From positions 1,152,001 to 1,216,000 of the forward strand of contig OZ245817.1 of assembly GCA_965228475.1 (NCBI GenBank): a stretch of DNA of 64,000 nucleotides, written 5' to 3'. The DNA is from Myxococcota bacterium. GTDB lineage: Bacteria; Myxococcota_A; UBA9160; JAFDDA01. Of the stretch, positions 21,430 through 31,098 are shown in pieces. Each line of letters starts with the position of its first letter. Position 1 is the stretch's first letter. The notes under the pieces are model-generated. The model saw only the letters and a list, made by a program, of their open reading frames with translations. It was not told where the DNA came from and made no database searches. The position numbers were made by a program, and so were the translations under genes.

Positions 21430-22719
21430 TTGAAGGTCCTCGTCGTCGGTTCGGGCGGGCGCGAGCACGCCCTCGTCTGGAAGATCGCCCGCAGCCCGAA
21501 GGCCACCCGCGTGCTCGCGGCGCCCGGCAGCGATGCCATGGCCGGCGACGCCGAGTGCTTCCCCGAAGTCAAGGCGGCGGACGTCGATGCCGTGACCGAG
21601 CTGGCGCGCCGCGAGGGCGTCGATCTCGTCGTGGTCGGGCCGGAAGACCCGCTGGCCGCGGGCATCGCGGACCGCCTGCGCAAGGCCGGCATCGCGACCT
21701 TCGGCCCCTCGGCCGCCGCCGCCCAGCTCGAGGGCAGCAAGGCCTTCGCCAAGGCCTTCATGGCGCGCCACGGCATTCCCACGGCGGGCTTCGAGGTCTT
21801 CGACGCCCTCGATCCGGCCCTGGCCCACGTGCGCGGGCTGCCGGGTGCCGGCGCCTGCGTGGTGAAGGCCGATGGCCTGGCGGCGGGGAAAGGCGTGGCC
21901 GTATGCGACGACCGCGCCGCGGCCGAGAGCGCCCTGCGCGAGATGATGAGCGACCGCCGCTTCGGCGAGGCGGGCGCGCGCGTCGTGGTGGAAGAACGGC
22001 TCGACGTGCCCGGCGCCCAGGAGGCGTCGTACTACGCGATCACCGACGGCGAGCGCATCGTGACCCTTGCCGCTGCCCAGGACCACAAGCGCGCCCTCGA
22101 CGGCGACGAAGGCGAGAACACCGGCGGCATGGGCGCCTACTCGCCGGCGCCGGTGGTGACGCCCGAGGTCGAGCGCCGCATCCAGGAGCAGGTCGTCACG
22201 CCGGCCATCCGCGGCATGGCGGAGGAGGGCACGCCCTTCGTGGGCGTCCTGTTCGTCGGCCTGATGGTCGACCCGGCCGGCGAGATCCAGGTCGTCGAGT
22301 TCAACGTGCGCTTCGGCGACCCGGAGACCCAGGCGCTCTTCCTGCGCATGGAGTCGGACCTGCTGCCGCTCCTGCACGGCGCCGCGACCGGCGCCCTCGA
22401 TCCCGACGCACCGGAGTGTCGGCCCGTCTGGGGCGATGCCGCCGTCTGCGTCGTGCTCGCTTCGGGCGGGTACCCGCGCAGCTACGAGACCGGCAAGCCC
22501 ATCTCCGGCCTCGAGACCGTGCCCGAGGGCGTCGTCGTCTTCCACGCGGGTTCGCGCAAGGAAGGCGGGGAGTTCGTCACGGCGGGAGGCCGCGTGCTCG
22601 GCGTGACGGCGCTCGGGGGCTCCGTCCTCGAAGCCCAGCAGCGCGCCTACGCCGCGGCCGAAGCGATCGACTTCGAGGGCCGCCATCTGCGCCGCGACAT
22701 CGCCTCGCGTGCCCTCTAG
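21430..22719 (+). CDS. purD: Phosphoribosylamine-glycine ligase
   Basis: [50 protein letters not shown]. Confidence 0.98.
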   Translation: MKVLVVGSGGREHALVWKIARSPKATRVLAAPGSDAMAGDAECFPEVKAADVDAVTELARREGVDLVVVGPEDPLAAGIADRLRKAGIATFGPSAAAAQLEGSKAFAKAFMARHGIPTAGFEVFDALDPALAHVRGLPGAGACVVKADGLAAGKGVAVCDDRAAAESALREMMSDRRFGEAGARVVVEERLDVPGAQEASYYAITDGERIVTLAAAQDHKRALDGDEGENTGGMGAYSPAPVVTPEVERRIQEQVVTPAIRGMAEEGTPFVGVLFVGLMVDPAGEIQVVEFNVRFGDPETQALFLRMESDLLPLLHGAATGALDPDAPECRPVWGDAAVCVVLASGGYPRSYETGKPISGLETVPEGVVVFHAGSRKEGGEFVTAGGRVLGVTALGGSVLEAQQRAYAAAEAIDFEGRHLRRDIASRAL

Positions 22720-23356
22720 CGGCCTCGCGCCCGCCGTCGAAGCTCTACGGTCCGGCGGGCTCGTCGCCTATCCGACGGAAACCCTCTACGGCCTCGGCGC
22801 CGACGCCCGCTCCGAGGAAGCCCTGGCCGCCCTGCGGGCCTGGAAGGGGCGCGAGGAGGGGCACCCGATCTCGGTCCTCGTGTCCGAGCCGGCGGCCCTC
22901 GCGCCCCTCGGCCTGTGCGCCTCGCCCCTGGCCGAGCGCCTGGCGGAGCGCTTCTGGCCCGGCCCGCTCACGCTCGTCGTCTCCGCCGAGCCCGGCGCCT
23001 TCGCCCGCGGCGTGGCCCGGGCCGACGGCGCGGTCGGCGTGCGCTGCTCGCCGCATCCCCTGGCCCGGCGCCTGGCCGCGGCGCTGCTCGCGGCCGGCGT
23101 CGGACCCGTGACGGCGACGAGTCTGAACCGGACGGGCGAGCCACCTGCCGCGGACGCCGCCGCCGCGCGACGGATCTGCGAACTTCATCCGGGCCCGCTC
23201 CTCCTCGAGGACGAAAGCCCGTTATCCTGCGCCCCGCCCGGCGACGGGCCGCCGGCCCCGAGCACCGTCGTCGATTGCACCGGAGCCGAGCCCCAGCTGA
23301 TCCGAGAGGGCGCCGTCTCCGCCGAGGCGCTCTCGGCCGTTGCGAACCCGAGGTGA
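22709..23356 (+). CDS. tsaC: Threonylcarbamoyl-AMP synthase (YrdC/Sua5 domain)
   Basis: YPTETLYGL, KGR, FWPGPLTLV, TSLN, PSTVVD, IREG. Confidence 0.93.
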   Translation: MPSSGLAPAVEALRSGGLVAYPTETLYGLGADARSEEALAALRAWKGREEGHPISVLVSEPAALAPLGLCASPLAERLAERFWPGPLTLVVSAEPGAFARGVARADGAVGVRCSPHPLARRLAAALLAAGVGPVTATSLNRTGEPPAADAAAARRICELHPGPLLLEDESPLSCAPPGDGPPAPSTVVDCTGAEPQLIREGAVSAEALSAVANPR

Positions 23357-23375
23357 CCATGACCGCGAGGAGAGC

Positions 23376-24653
23376 ATGACCGACGTCCGCCCCTTCCGAG
23401 CCCTGCGCTACGACCCCGACCGCATCGATCTCTCGCGCGTGGTCGTGCCGCCCTACGACGTGATCCAGCCCGCCGAGCGGCGCGCCTACTGGGAGGGCGA
23501 CCCGCACTGCGCGATTCGCCTCATCCTGACCCAGGACGCCGAGAGCGAGGCGGCCGCGGACTACAGCGACGTCGCCGAGACGCTCGCGGCCTGGCAGGCG
23601 GACGGTGCGCTGCTGCGCGAGGAGCGCCCGGCGATCTACGGCCTGCGCCAGCGCTTCACCGCGCCCGACGGCAGCGAGCACGTGCGCGAATCCTTCTTCT
23701 CGGCGCTGCGCGTCGAGGACTACGCGAAGCGCATCGTGCGGCCCCACGAGCGCACGATGACGGGCCCGAAGGCCGACCGCCTGAAGCTCCTGCGCGCGAC
23801 GAAGACGAACCTCTCGAGCATCTTCCTGCTCTACGAAGATCCGGACGACAAGCTCGCGGAGATCCTCGCCCCCTCCTTCGAGGCCGGGTCGACCTGGCGC
23901 GCCACGGACTCCGCTGGCACCGAACACGCGCTCACGCGCATCGACGATCCGGGCATCCTCGCCGCCGTGAAGCACTTCATGAGCGATCGCCCCGTCGTGA
24001 TCGCCGATGGCCACCACCGCTACGAGACGGCCCAGGCCTACCGCGACGCCTGCCGCGCCGAGCTGCCGAGCGCCGGCGAGGACGCGCCCTTCGAGTTCAC
24101 CCTCGGCTGCTTCGCGAACGCCTACGCGCCGGGGAGCCTGCTGCTCCCCATCCACCGGATCCTGAACGACGCGCGTTTCCCGGACGACTCGATCCTCGAC
24201 GCCCGGCTCCCGGGTTGGACCCAGGTCCACGTCGAGGTCGAGGACGAAGCCGCCGTCGAGCGGGCCCTCGAGGAGCACCTGATCCCCGAAGGCTCCCACC
24301 CGGCCTTCGCGCTCGAGGACGGCTCCGGCACCCTGCGCATCTTCCGGCGCGGCGAGGCCGTGGACGGGGAGCTCGCCATCCGCGTGATCCACAAGGAAGT
24401 CGTCGAGGGCGTCTTCGACGTGGACGAGGCGGCCGTCGCCGGGGGCGCCATCCGCTACGCGAAGTCGATCCGCCAGTGCGCGGCCGACGTGCGCAGCGGC
24501 GGCGGCGTCGCGCTCTACGTGAACGCGCTCGCGCCGGGCGAGGTGTTCGACGTCACCGGCGCCGGCGAGATCCTTCCCCAGAAGTCGACCTTCTTCGTGC
24601 CGAAGCTCCCGACCGGGCTGGTCTTCCGCCCGGTCGACGAGGGCGGGGCCTGA
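23376..24653 (+). CDS. DUF1015 family protein
   Basis: PFRALRY, PPYDVI, PHERT, IADGHHRY, PQKSTFF.PK. Confidence 0.9.
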   Translation: MTDVRPFRALRYDPDRIDLSRVVVPPYDVIQPAERRAYWEGDPHCAIRLILTQDAESEAAADYSDVAETLAAWQADGALLREERPAIYGLRQRFTAPDGSEHVRESFFSALRVEDYAKRIVRPHERTMTGPKADRLKLLRATKTNLSSIFLLYEDPDDKLAEILAPSFEAGSTWRATDSAGTEHALTRIDDPGILAAVKHFMSDRPVVIADGHHRYETAQAYRDACRAELPSAGEDAPFEFTLGCFANAYAPGSLLLPIHRILNDARFPDDSILDARLPGWTQVHVEVEDEAAVERALEEHLIPEGSHPAFALEDGSGTLRIFRRGEAVDGELAIRVIHKEVVEGVFDVDEAAVAGGAIRYAKSIRQCAADVRSGGGVALYVNALAPGEVFDVTGAGEILPQKSTFFVPKLPTGLVFRPVDEGGA

Positions 24654-24982
24654 GGCCCCGGCGGCGACCCAAGAGCCAGCCGACCGCGGTCGGCAAGGTC
24701 CTCCCGGGCCTGCTGAACGACCTCGGGCTCGGCGAGGCCGCCGCGGCGGCCCGGGTCTCCGAGGCCTGGGCCCAGATCGTCGGAGCCGAGGCGGGCGCCC
24801 ACAGCTGGCCGGCCGGCCTGCGCGAGGGCGTGCTCGAGGTCGAGGTGGACGCGAGCGTCTGGTCCCAGCAGCTCCAGCTCCGCCGCCCTGAGCTCCTGCG
24901 GGCGCTCGCGAGCTTCTTCGGCGGCGACGGGCCGGCCATCCGCGACCTCCGCTTCCGCCTGGGGCGCAGCCAAGGGCGCTAG
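24650..24982 (+). CDS. dciA: DciA/DUF721 family protein; probable CTG start
   Basis: W.QIVG....HSWP..LREGVLEVEVDASVWSQQL....ELL...IRDLRFRLG. Confidence 0.78.
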   Translation: MRPRRRPKSQPTAVGKVLPGLLNDLGLGEAAAAARVSEAWAQIVGAEAGAHSWPAGLREGVLEVEVDASVWSQQLQLRRPELLRALASFFGGDGPAIRDLRFRLGRSQGR

Positions 24983-25001
24983 GCCGGGCTAGGATGGCCC
25001 C

Positions 25002-25208
25002 ATGACCGAAGAGCTCCAGAGCGCCGGAACGAGCCCGAATGCCCCCGGCATGCGCTGCGATTTCTGCGGCCAGACGGTGGCCCGGGTGCGCCGGATCGCC
25101 CTCGATTCGGGCTACGACCGGCTCCAGGTCCGCCACGCCGAGCGTTACGCCTGCGGGGCCTGCTCGGACAAGAAGGAGCGCCAGCGCCTGGGGCTCGACC
25201 GGCGCTAG
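25002..25208 (+). CDS. Small putative zinc-finger protein
   Basis: 68 aa with CDFC...CGAC; TAGGAT box 6 nt before ATG. Confidence 0.7.
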   Translation: MTEELQSAGTSPNAPGMRCDFCGQTVARVRRIALDSGYDRLQVRHAERYACGACSDKKERQRLGLDRR

Positions 25209-25253
25209 CCGGCCGGCCCCGCGGTGGTAGGGAAAGCCCGGATCGCCTCGATA

Positions 25254-25282
25254 TTGCGGCGGTTTCCGCTCTCCCGTAGTAT
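25254..25282 (+). promoter_or_regulatory. Putative sigma70 promoter of the rpsP operon
   Basis: TTGCGG-N17-TAGTAT. Confidence 0.6.
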
Positions 25283-25318
25283 CCGCCCTCACTTTCGACC
25301 TCCAAGGAACTCCTCTCC

Positions 25319-25567
25319 ATGGTGAAGATTCGCCTTCAGCGGGGCGGCGCGAAGAAGCGCCCCTTCTACCGGATCGTTGCGATCGACGAGCGACGTCAGC
25401 GCGACGGCCGGGCACTCGAATTCCTCGGCACCTACGACCCGAACTACGAGCCGGTGCGCGTGAAGATCGACACCGCAGGCATTCAGGCCTGGGTCGACAA
25501 GGGCGCCATCGTGAGCCCGACGGTCCGTTCGCTCGTGAAGAACGCGCCGGCCGAGGCCGGGGCCTAG
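25319..25567 (+). CDS. rpsP: 30S ribosomal protein S16
   Basis: MVKIRLQRGGAKKRPFYRIV..RDGR..E.LG.YDP. Confidence 0.98.
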   Translation: MVKIRLQRGGAKKRPFYRIVAIDERRQRDGRALEFLGTYDPNYEPVRVKIDTAGIQAWVDKGAIVSPTVRSLVKNAPAEAGA

Positions 25568-25569
25568 CC

Positions 25570-25806
25570 GTGGCGGAACGAACCGACGCCGCCGAGCTCG
25601 TCGCCTTCATCGCGACCTCCCTCGTCTCCGACACCGATGCGGTCGACGTGGTCGAGGCCGACGGCGGGAGCACCCTCGAACTCGAGACGTCCGCGGACGA
25701 CCGCGGGCGCGTGATCGGACGCCAGGGGCGCGTGGCCAAGGCCATGCGTGCGGTGCTGGCGGCATCGAGCGTCGGGGCGGACCTCCGCCTCGAGATCGTC
25801 GACTAG
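25570..25806 (+). CDS. khpA: KH-domain RNA-binding protein KhpA
   Basis: [10 protein letters not shown] (GxxG); conserved position between rpsP and rimM. Confidence 0.9.
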   Translation: MAERTDAAELVAFIATSLVSDTDAVDVVEADGGSTLELETSADDRGRVIGRQGRVAKAMRAVLAASSVGADLRLEIVD

Positions 25807-25811
25807 GAGGA

Positions 25812-26369
25812 TTGAGCGCCCACGTTCCGGCGGGCCGGGTCACGCTCGGCGTGGTCGTCGGCGCCCACGGGTTGCGCGGAGAGCTGCGAGTCCGTTGGCT
25901 CGGAGACGGGCCCGAGAGCCTCGCGGCGATGCGGGAGATCGAACTCGCCACGGACCGCGGGCTCGAGGATCCGCACCCCCGGCGGTACCGGGTGCTGCGG
26001 ACGGGAGCCGGGCGGAGCGGCGAGCTGCGGGTCGCCCTGGAAGGTGTGGACGATCGCGACGGTGCGGAGGCGCTGCGCGGCCGTCAGGTGATCGGAGACG
26101 CCAGCGCGCTCGCGCCGCTCGAAGACGGCGAGCACCGCTGGTTCGAGCTGATCGGCTGCGAGGTCTTCCCCGCCGAGGGCGGGCCGGCGGCGATCGGCAC
26201 GGTTCGAGAGATCTGGGAGACCGGGGCGCACGACGTCCTGGTGGTGGAGGACGAAGAAGGCCAGCGACATCTCCTGCCGGCGGCGAAAGCCTTTCTGCGG
26301 GAGGTCGACCCGGCCGCACGGCGCATCGTGTACGAGGTGATCCCGGGCCTGCTGGGCGAACCCTCGTAG
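25812..26369 (+). CDS. rimM: Ribosome maturation factor RimM
   Basis: G...[33 protein letters not shown]. Confidence 0.95.
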   Translation: MSAHVPAGRVTLGVVVGAHGLRGELRVRWLGDGPESLAAMREIELATDRGLEDPHPRRYRVLRTGAGRSGELRVALEGVDDRDGAEALRGRQVIGDASALAPLEDGEHRWFELIGCEVFPAEGGPAAIGTVREIWETGAHDVLVVEDEEGQRHLLPAAKAFLREVDPAARRIVYEVIPGLLGEPS

Positions 26370-26410
26370 GCGCCCGAGGCGACCGAGGCTGCGGCCGACG
26401 CGAGGCGAGC

Positions 26411-27115
26411 ATGGGGCCGAAGCTCCGGATCGACGTCATCACGATCTTCCCGGGGCTCTTCGAGCCCTTCGTGGCCGCGGGGATGGTCGGGATCGCGGTC
26501 GAGAACGAGGCCGCGGAGATCCGGGCCCACGACCTGCGCGATTGGACGAGCGATCGCCATCGCACGGTCGACGACGCGCCCTACGGCGGCGGGCCCGGCA
26601 TGGTGATGCGGCCCGAGCCGCTGGTCGCGGCGATCGAGGCGCTGGCCGGAGAGAAGGGGCCCGAGCGGCGGGCGCGGGTGGTGCTCCTGACCCCCCAGGG
26701 CGCGCGCTTCGATCAGGCGGGGGCCGAACGATTGGCCGCCTGCGAGCACCTGGTGCTCGTGTGCGGAAGGTACGAAGGGGTCGATCAGCGGGTGATCGAC
26801 CTGGCAGTGGACGAGGAGATCTCGATCGGGGACTACGTGCTTTCGGGGGGCGAGACCGCGGCCATGGCCATCATCGAGGCCACGACCCGCCTGCTCCCCG
26901 GCGTGCTCGGAAACCCCGAATCGACGGCCTGGGAGTCGTTTCAGGAAGGGTTGCTCGAAGGGCCGCAATACACGCGCCCGGTGGAGTATCGTGGCCGCGC
27001 CGTGCCCGAGGTGCTCCGCTCCGGCGACCACGGCAAGGTCGCACGCTGGCGCCGGGCCATGGCCCGGGAGCGGACGCGGGATCGACGCCCCGACCTGATC
27101 GACGACGAAGACTAG
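26411..27115 (+). CDS. trmD: tRNA (guanine-N1)-methyltransferase
   Basis: [38 protein letters not shown]. Confidence 0.97.
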   Translation: MGPKLRIDVITIFPGLFEPFVAAGMVGIAVENEAAEIRAHDLRDWTSDRHRTVDDAPYGGGPGMVMRPEPLVAAIEALAGEKGPERRARVVLLTPQGARFDQAGAERLAACEHLVLVCGRYEGVDQRVIDLAVDEEISIGDYVLSGGETAAMAIIEATTRLLPGVLGNPESTAWESFQEGLLEGPQYTRPVEYRGRAVPEVLRSGDHGKVARWRRAMARERTRDRRPDLIDDED

Positions 27116-27190
27116 AGCGGGCCGAGCCCGCTGGACGACGGAACGAAACACGCGGGCGCGCGTCCGCTGCGAGACGAAGAGGAACCAGCC

Positions 27191-27691
27191 ATGAACGTGA
27201 TGGACCGCATCCACGAGGCGCCGCTCCGGCGCGACCTGCCTCCCTTCCGCCCGGGCGACACCGTGCGGGTTCACGTGCGCGTCTCCGAGGGCGACAAACA
27301 GCGCATCCAGGTGTTCGAGGGCGTCGTCCTGCGCCGCCGTGGCCACGGGCCGTCGGCCACCTTCACCGTGCGCAAGATTTCTTCGGGCGTCGGCGTCGAG
27401 CGGATCTTCCCGATCGAATCGCCGAACGTGACCAAGGTCGAGATCAAGAGCCGCGGCCACGTGCGCCGCTCGCGCCTCTACTACCTGCGCAACCTGCGCG
27501 GGAAGAAGGCGCGGCTGCGCAGCAAGGTCCGGGACCTCTCGGCCCTCGTCGCGCCCGACACGCTCGACGACCCGTCCCAGGCCGGCACCGCCGACGCCGC
27601 GGCCGCGGCCGAAGAGGCGGCCGCCGAGCCCGAGGCCGTCGAGGCGGCGCCCGAGGCCGCCGCGGAAGCCGAAGCCAAGTCCGAGTCCTAG
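27191..27691 (+). CDS. rplS: 50S ribosomal protein L19 with acidic Ala/Glu tail
   Basis: [35 protein letters not shown]. Confidence 0.97.
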   Translation: MNVMDRIHEAPLRRDLPPFRPGDTVRVHVRVSEGDKQRIQVFEGVVLRRRGHGPSATFTVRKISSGVGVERIFPIESPNVTKVEIKSRGHVRRSRLYYLRNLRGKKARLRSKVRDLSALVAPDTLDDPSQAGTADAAAAAEEAAAEPEAVEAAPEAAAEAEAKSES

Positions 27692-27710
27692 GGCCGGTCT
27701 CCGCAGCGGG

Positions 27711-28082
27711 CTAGTCGCCCGCGTCGAAGGCCGCCGGACGGTGGCGCACGCGCAGTGCGCCCGAGTCGTCGGCCACCACCGCCACCACGTCGAAGCGGAT
27801 CCGCCAGCCGCGCACGCGGTTCTCGTGCAGCCACGCCACGGCCCCGCGGACGAGCCGCCGGCGCTTCGCCGCGTGGACGGCGTCCTCCGGCGCGCCCGCG
27901 CGCTGCGAGGCCCGCGTCTTCACCTCGACGAAGGCGATCGTGCGGCCCTTCGCGACCACGAGATCCATCTCCACCCCGCCCGCGCGCACGTTGCGCGCGA
28001 GCACCCGGTAGCCACGCCGCTGCAGGTGACGCGCGGCGCAGGCCTCGCCCTCCGCGCCGAGCCGGCGTCGTCCTTGGCTCAT
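27711..28082 (-). CDS. yraN: YraN/UPF0102 family putative endonuclease
   Basis: G..GE..A..HL..RGY.VLARN....EMDLV....FVEVKTR, RFDVVAV. Confidence 0.92.
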   Translation of the reverse strand: MSQGRRRLGAEGEACAARHLQRRGYRVLARNVRAGGVEMDLVVAKGRTIAFVEVKTRASQRAGAPEDAVHAAKRRRLVRGAVAWLHENRVRGWRIRFDVVAVVADDSGALRVRHRPAAFDAGD

Positions 28083-28111
28083 GGGAGCTCCGCGGGACCG
28101 CGGGGTGAGAA

Positions 28112-28516
28112 CTAAGGAGCGCTCGTTCCCTCGCGCCCGAAGTCGTCCTCGATGCGCACGACGTCGTCGAGCTCCGGGGTGGAGACCTCCATCACCTCGA
28201 CGTCCTCGAGGGCCTCGAAGCGGTGGGTCCGGCCCGTCGGGATGCGCCGGTGCTCGCCCGGGCCGAGTGCGATCACGCGGATCGTGCCCGCTTCGTCCGC
28301 GAGGTGGAGGGCCATGCGTCCGCTCACCACGTAGATCGATTCGTCCTTCTCCTCGTGGTACTGGAGGGAGAGGCGCGCGCCCTTGCGGATGAAGAGGAGC
28401 TTCCCGACGTAGCGGTCCGTGTGGGCCCAGATGATCTCGTGGCCCCAGGGCTTCTCGACGCGGCGCGCGGGGGCTTCGTCCCCGGCGGTGGCGTCCTCGC
28501 TTCGCGGCTCCTCCAT
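28112..28516 (-). CDS. Cupin protein, similar to the type II mannose-6-phosphate isomerase C-terminal domain
   Basis: VEKPWG, G.RLSLQYH..KDE, HRF, EVSTPELDDVVRIEDDFGR. Confidence 0.85.
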   Translation of the reverse strand: MEEPRSEDATAGDEAPARRVEKPWGHEIIWAHTDRYVGKLLFIRKGARLSLQYHEEKDESIYVVSGRMALHLADEAGTIRVIALGPGEHRRIPTGRTHRFEALEDVEVMEVSTPELDDVVRIEDDFGREGTSAP

Positions 28517-28621
28517 GGCGAAGGAGCCTAGCACCGATGCGTGGGGCCCCTGCGCGGGGCGACGCTCGCATGAGCCCTGCGTTTCCTGCGCAGGGCGACC
28601 GTCGGGTAAGCTCTGCGCTCC

Positions 28622-29467
28622 ATGGGCACCCTCTACGTCGTCGCGACGCCGATCGGCAACCTCGAGGACATCACCCTGCGCGCGCTGCGCACGCTCGGGG
28701 AGGTCGACGGGGTGCTCGCCGAGGACACGCGGCGAACGCGCATCCTCCTCGACCACCACGACGTGAAGGCCCGGACGCGCTCGCTGCACGCGCACAACGA
28801 GGCGCGGCGCACGGCGGAGGTCGTCGAGGAGCTCGCCGGCGGTGCGACGCTCGCGCTCGTCACCGACGCCGGGACGCCGCTCGTCTCCGACCCGGGCCAC
28901 CGGCTCGTCGCGGCCGTTCGCGAGGCGGGAAACGAGGTCGTTCCGGTCCCCGGCCCTTCGGCGGCGCTCGCGGCGCTCGTCGCGTCGGGGCTGCCCGAGG
29001 GGGCCTTCACCGTGCTCGGCTTCCTCCCGCGGCGGGCGGGCGCGCGGGACCGTCTCGTCGCGAGCTATCGCGGCCGGCCCGAGACGCTCGTCCTGTTCGA
29101 ATCCCCGCGGCGCCTGGCGGAGACCCTCCGCGCCCTGGCCGAAGGGCTCGGCGATCGGCCGGCCGCCGTGGCGCGGGAGCTCACGAAGCTCCACGAGGAG
29201 GTCGTCTCGGGGACGCTCACGAGCCTCGCCGAGCGCTTCGCCGAGGAGGCCCGCGGCGAGATCACCGTCGTCGTCGGCGGAGAGCACGGCGACCCCGAGC
29301 CGCCGACGGAAGAGGCACTGCGCGAGCGGGTCGCAGCGCTTCGCGGCGAGGGCCTCGGGACCAAGGCGATCGCCGAGCGTCTCTCGCAGGAGACCGGCCT
29401 CGGCAAGAGCGATCTCTACGGACGCATCGTCGAGCTCGGGCGGAGCGGGGAAGGGCAGGGCGAGTGA
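28622..29467 (+). CDS. rsmI: 16S rRNA C1402 2'-O-methyltransferase
   Basis: LYVVATPIGNLEDIT.RA, EDTR, DAGTP.VSDPG, RELTKLHEE. Confidence 0.97.
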   Translation: MGTLYVVATPIGNLEDITLRALRTLGEVDGVLAEDTRRTRILLDHHDVKARTRSLHAHNEARRTAEVVEELAGGATLALVTDAGTPLVSDPGHRLVAAVREAGNEVVPVPGPSAALAALVASGLPEGAFTVLGFLPRRAGARDRLVASYRGRPETLVLFESPRRLAETLRALAEGLGDRPAAVARELTKLHEEVVSGTLTSLAERFAEEARGEITVVVGGEHGDPEPPTEEALRERVAALRGEGLGTKAIAERLSQETGLGKSDLYGRIVELGRSGEGQGE

Positions 29468-31092
29468 AGCTCGGCACGCTCGCACGCACGCTCGCCCACG
29501 TTCGCCCGCAACAGTGGGTCGGACAGCTTCGGCATCGCCTGCGCGGCGTTCGTCCCGTCGTGTTCGACGGGGAGACGCCCCGCCTGGCGGTGACCGAGCC
29601 GAAGGCGCCCTTCCTCGGCTGCCCGCCGGCGACCCACTCCGATGGGCGGCACGTCTTCCGCCTGCTCGAACGCGAGGTGCGCTTCCCGGACGAGATCGAT
29701 TGGACCTACCGCGAGGAAGGCCCGCTCTGGACCTTCCTGCTGCATCAGTTCCACTGGGCGCGGGATCCGGCCATCGCCGCCGACGCGCGCGCCGCCGCCG
29801 TCCTCGATTGGGTGGAGCGCTACCCGAGCGGCCCCGGCTGGGCCGCGGACCCGACGAGCTTCCGGGCGATGAACTGGACGAAGGCGCTCGCGACGCCGGG
29901 CGCTCTTCCCGAGTGCGAGGCCCTTCGCGAAGAGATCGCGCGCGCGACGGCGAGCCAGCTCGAGACGGTCGCGGCGCACCTCGAGACGCACCTCCTCGCG
30001 AACCACTACTTCACGAACCTCTCGGCCCTGACCCTCGCGGGCCTGGCCTTCGAGGGGCCGGCGGCGGACCGCTGGCTCGCCCACGAGGGCGCGCTCCGCG
30101 CGCAGCTCGCGGAGCAGATGCCCGGCGAGGGCGCCCACTACGAGCGCGCGCCGATGTACCACGCCGCGCTCCTCGAGCAGGTGCTCGACGTCCTGAACCT
30201 GGCTCTCGCGAGCCCGCGCACGCCCGACGCGCTGCGAACCGCGCTCTTGGACACGGCGGAGCGCATGGTCGGCGCGCTCCGGGTGTTCACCCACCCCGAC
30301 GGCGAGATCGCGCTCTTCTCGGACTCGGCGCTCGGCTTCGCCCATCCGCCCGCCGTGCTCGAGGCCTACGCCGGCGCGCTCGGCGTCGCGGCGCGAGCAC
30401 CGGACCCCGCCGGGCTGCTCGCCGAGGCCGGGTACGTCCGGCTCGAGGCGGGGCCCTTCTCGCTGCTGGCCTCGGTCGGCGGCGCCGCGCCGGCCTACCA
30501 GCCGGGCCACCACCATGCCGACGCGCTCTCCTTCGAGCTCTGCTTCGGCCGCGAGCGCGTCGTCACCGACACCGGGGTGTGTGAGTACGTGCCGGGCGAG
30601 CGGCGGCGGGCCAGCCAGGCGACCGCGAACCACTCGACCTTCGAGCTCGACGGCCGGGATCAGTCCGAGATCTGGGCGCCGCACCGCGTGGGCGGGCGCT
30701 CCCGGGTGCGGCTCGTCTCCGCGGCGCCGCCGCATCGCGCCGAGGCGACCTGCCGGAGCTGGTTCGCCCGGGACGCGGTGCACCGCCGGAGCTTTGCCCT
30801 CCACGTGGACGCGGTCGAGCTCACGGATCGCGTCGAGGGAGCCGCCCGCGGCGTCCGCTCGACGTTCTCGCTCGCGCCCGGCCTCGAGCCGCGCCTCGAC
30901 GGGTCGGTGGCGCGGGTCGCCCTGCCTTCGGGAGAAGAGCTCGTCTTCGAGCTTCCCGGAGAGCTCGCCTGGAGCGTCGAACGCATGCCCTACATGCCGC
31001 GCTTCGGCGAGTGCGTGGAGCGCGCGGGGCTCGTCGGCCGCGGCCGCGGCAACGGCCCGTGGCAGACGCAGATCCGGATCTCGACGGACTGA
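29464..31092 (+). CDS. Heparinase II/III family protein (polysaccharide-locus type)
   Basis: LETHLLANHYFTN, HYERAPMYH, HPDGEIALFSDS, GHHHADALSFE, VVTDTG, T.NHST. Confidence 0.88.
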   Translation: MKLGTLARTLAHVRPQQWVGQLRHRLRGVRPVVFDGETPRLAVTEPKAPFLGCPPATHSDGRHVFRLLEREVRFPDEIDWTYREEGPLWTFLLHQFHWARDPAIAADARAAAVLDWVERYPSGPGWAADPTSFRAMNWTKALATPGALPECEALREEIARATASQLETVAAHLETHLLANHYFTNLSALTLAGLAFEGPAADRWLAHEGALRAQLAEQMPGEGAHYERAPMYHAALLEQVLDVLNLALASPRTPDALRTALLDTAERMVGALRVFTHPDGEIALFSDSALGFAHPPAVLEAYAGALGVAARAPDPAGLLAEAGYVRLEAGPFSLLASVGGAAPAYQPGHHHADALSFELCFGRERVVTDTGVCEYVPGERRRASQATANHSTFELDGRDQSEIWAPHRVGGRSRVRLVSAAPPHRAEATCRSWFARDAVHRRSFALHVDAVELTDRVEGAARGVRSTFSLAPGLEPRLDGSVARVALPSGEELVFELPGELAWSVERMPYMPRFGECVERAGLVGRGRGNGPWQTQIRISTD

Positions 31093-31098
31093 ACGCTT

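Noticed and set aside
27560..27691. Ala/Glu-rich tail of L19 as a novel domain
   Set aside because: Low-complexity acidic tails on ribosomal proteins are common in high-GC bacteria
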